From NCBI GenBank assembly GCA_028711655.1, contig JAQTRU010000001.1, forward strand, positions 6,648 through 70,647: a DNA stretch of 64,000 nt. The letters run 5' to 3'. This DNA is from Patescibacteria group bacterium. GTDB lineage: Bacteria; Patescibacteriota; Patescibacteriia; Patescibacteriales; JAQTRU01. Below the pieces are notes generated by a model. That model was not told the DNA's origin. It worked only from the letters and a program-made list of their open reading frames with translations, and searched no databases. Of the stretch, positions 62,161 to 64,000 are shown one piece after another (position 1 is the first letter of the stretch; each line of letters opens with the position of its first letter). Both the position numbers and the translations under genes were made by a program.

Positions 62161-64000
62161 ATGCCCAAATCTAATAAATTCATAAAATTTTTCAACCAAT
62201 TAACAATAAAAGATGTGCCGTCGGTCGGGGGTAAAAACGCCTCTCTGGGAGAAATGTACCGAAAACTTTCGGGAAGGGGCGTTAATGTTCCCAACGGCTT
62301 TGCCACGACCGCTTCCGCTTATAATTATTTTTTGGAAAAAACCGGAGAAAAAAAAGAAATAAAAAAAATTCTTAAAGGCCTTAATACCCATAATGTAATG
62401 GACCTGATGCGCCGCGGAGCCGCTGTACGCAAATTAATAACCAATACGCCTCTCCCGGAAGATTTTGAGAAAGAAATCATTGGCGCTTACAAAAAACTTT
62501 CGGCTGAATACGGGGTTAAAAACCTATCCGTAGCCGTCCGCTCTTCGGCCACAGCCGAAGATTTGCCGGACGCTTCTTTCGCCGGACAGCAGGACACTTA
62601 TTTAAATATCAGCGGAGAAAAAGAATTGCTTCTGGCCGTAAGAAAATGCATTGCTTCCTTGTTTACTAACCGGGCGATTTCCTATCGCGTTGACAAAAAA
62701 TTTGTCCATTTCAAAATCGCCCTTTCCGTCGGCGTGCAAAAAATGATCCGAGCCGATTTGGCCGCTTCCGGCGTAATATTTACGATTGACACCGAATCCG
62801 GATTTCCCAACGCTGTCCTGATTAACTCCATTTACGGGCTGGGAGAAAATATTGTTCAGGGCAAAGTTAACCCGGACGAATTTTATTTCTTCAAGCCTAC
62901 CGGCGCCATAATTTCCCGTTCTATCGGATGCAAAAAGTTAAAAATGGTTTACAACAATGACCCGAAACAACCGACTAAAAATGTAAGGCTTAAGCCAAAA
63001 GAGCAGGTTAAACAATCAATTACCGACGAACAGATAAAAAAATTGGGCCAGTGGGCCATGATTATTGAAAAGCATTATGGTCGGCCCATGGACATTGAAT
63101 GGGCCTTGGACGGACAGGACAAAAAACTATACATAATTCAGGCCCGGCCGGAAACCGTGCAAAGCCTTAGAAATTACAACATATTGGAGGAATATAAATT
63201 AGAAAAAAGAGGGAAAATTATAACTCGCGGCCAAAGCGTCGGCAACAAAATCGGCATGGGAGTGGCTAACCGAATTATGGAAGTGGGCGGCATTAAAAAC
63301 TTTAAACCCGGGCAAGTCTTGGTGACAGACATGACCGATCCAGACTGGGAACCGATTATGAAAATCGCTTCGGCGATTGTTACTGACAAGGGGGGCCGCA
63401 CCTGCCACGCCGCCATTGTCTCCCGCGAGCTTGGCATTCCTTGTATTGTCGGCACCAATAATGTCTCTTATCGGGTTAAAACCGGAAAAAAGGTGACTAT
63501 AAGCTGCGCCGAAGGAGAAGAGGGCTACGTTTATGAAGGCATCCTGCCTTTTAAGGTCAAAAAAACCAATGTTAAAAAATTAAAAAGGCCGAAAACCAAA
63601 ATTATGATGAATATCGGCGAACCGGACATGGCTTTTTCCACCTCCTTTATTCCCAATGACGGCGTGGGGCTGGCCAGATTAGAATTCATAATAAACAATT
63701 ACATCAAAATTCACCCCCTGGCTTTAATTAATTACGATAAGATAAAAGACAAAAATGTTAAAAAGAAAATAGATAATTTGACTGTGGGTTACGAAAACAA
63801 AAAGCAGTTCTTTGTTGATAAGTTAGCCGAAGGAGTGGCCATGATTGCCGCGGCTTTTTATCCCAAAGACGTGATTATCCGGCTTTCCGATTTTAAAACC
63901 AATGAGTATGCTAACCTGGTTGGCGGGGCCAAATATGAGCCGATTGAATCCAATCCGATGATCGGCTGGCGCGGCGCTTCCCGCTATTACTCGCCTAAAT
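62161..64000 (+). CDS. ppsA: Phosphoenolpyruvate synthase (truncated by window end)
   Basis: VGGKNASLGEM, VAVRSSATAEDLPDASFAGQQ, QARPETV, GGRTCHAAIVSRELG. Confidence 0.95.
   Translation, partial: MPKSNKFIKFFNQLTIKDVPSVGGKNASLGEMYRKLSGRGVNVPNGFATTASAYNYFLEKTGEKKEIKKILKGLNTHNVMDLMRRGAAVRKLITNTPLPEDFEKEIIGAYKKLSAEYGVKNLSVAVRSSATAEDLPDASFAGQQDTYLNISGEKELLLAVRKCIASLFTNRAISYRVDKKFVHFKIALSVGVQKMIRADLAASGVIFTIDTESGFPNAVLINSIYGLGENIVQGKVNPDEFYFFKPTGAIISRSIGCKKLKMVYNNDPKQPTKNVRLKPKEQVKQSITDEQIKKLGQWAMIIEKHYGRPMDIEWALDGQDKKLYIIQARPETVQSLRNYNILEEYKLEKRGKIITRGQSVGNKIGMGVANRIMEVGGIKNFKPGQVLVTDMTDPDWEPIMKIASAIVTDKGGRTCHAAIVSRELGIPCIVGTNNVSYRVKTGKKVTISCAEGEEGYVYEGILPFKVKKTNVKKLKRPKTKIMMNIGEPDMAFSTSFIPNDGVGLARLEFIINNYIKIHPLALINYDKIKDKNVKKKIDNLTVGYENKKQFFVDKLAEGVAMIAAAFYPKDVIIRLSDFKTNEYANLVGGAKYEPIESNPMIGWRGASRYYSPK

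Overview
AT-rich chromosomal window from a Patescibacteria (CPR) genome, probably Parcubacteria/ABY1-like. This assignment is inferred from the unlinked 16S gene with CPR-type primer-site variants, the pilin-Ig and DUF1566 proteins, and the mostly SD-less native genes; TGA is used as stop (code 11). Core content: relA/spoT (frameshifted), rpsU, hisS, lepB, queA, ruvB, a UvrD-nuclease fusion, rmuC, gyrA, 16S rRNA, trpS with a T-box, clpP, rny, ymdB, HU, five intact tRNAs, elp3, glyA, folD, gdhA, recQ, lgt and ppsA (truncated by the window). Main unusual signals: (1) nested tRNA genes, where intact tRNA-Arg and tRNA-Leu sit inside palindromic inserts that disrupt older tRNAs of the same type; related duplicate-and-disrupt scars occur at tRNA-Gly and the 16S 5' end, and the same repeats occur inside the 16S rRNA, the T-box and in frame in many proteins; (2) single-gene accessory cassettes (ackA, prs, pyrD, purM, purD, secreted proteins) with a recurring sigma70 promoter / rrn boxA-like motif / SD / terminator layout; (3) a DUF1566 gene whose 3' end has a DGR variable-repeat signature with no RT or TR in the window; (4) two tiny Cys-rich ORFs lying between the T-box and trpS; (5) two 6S-like rod-shaped ncRNA candidates. 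All calls come from reading the sequence by eye; no database searches were run.
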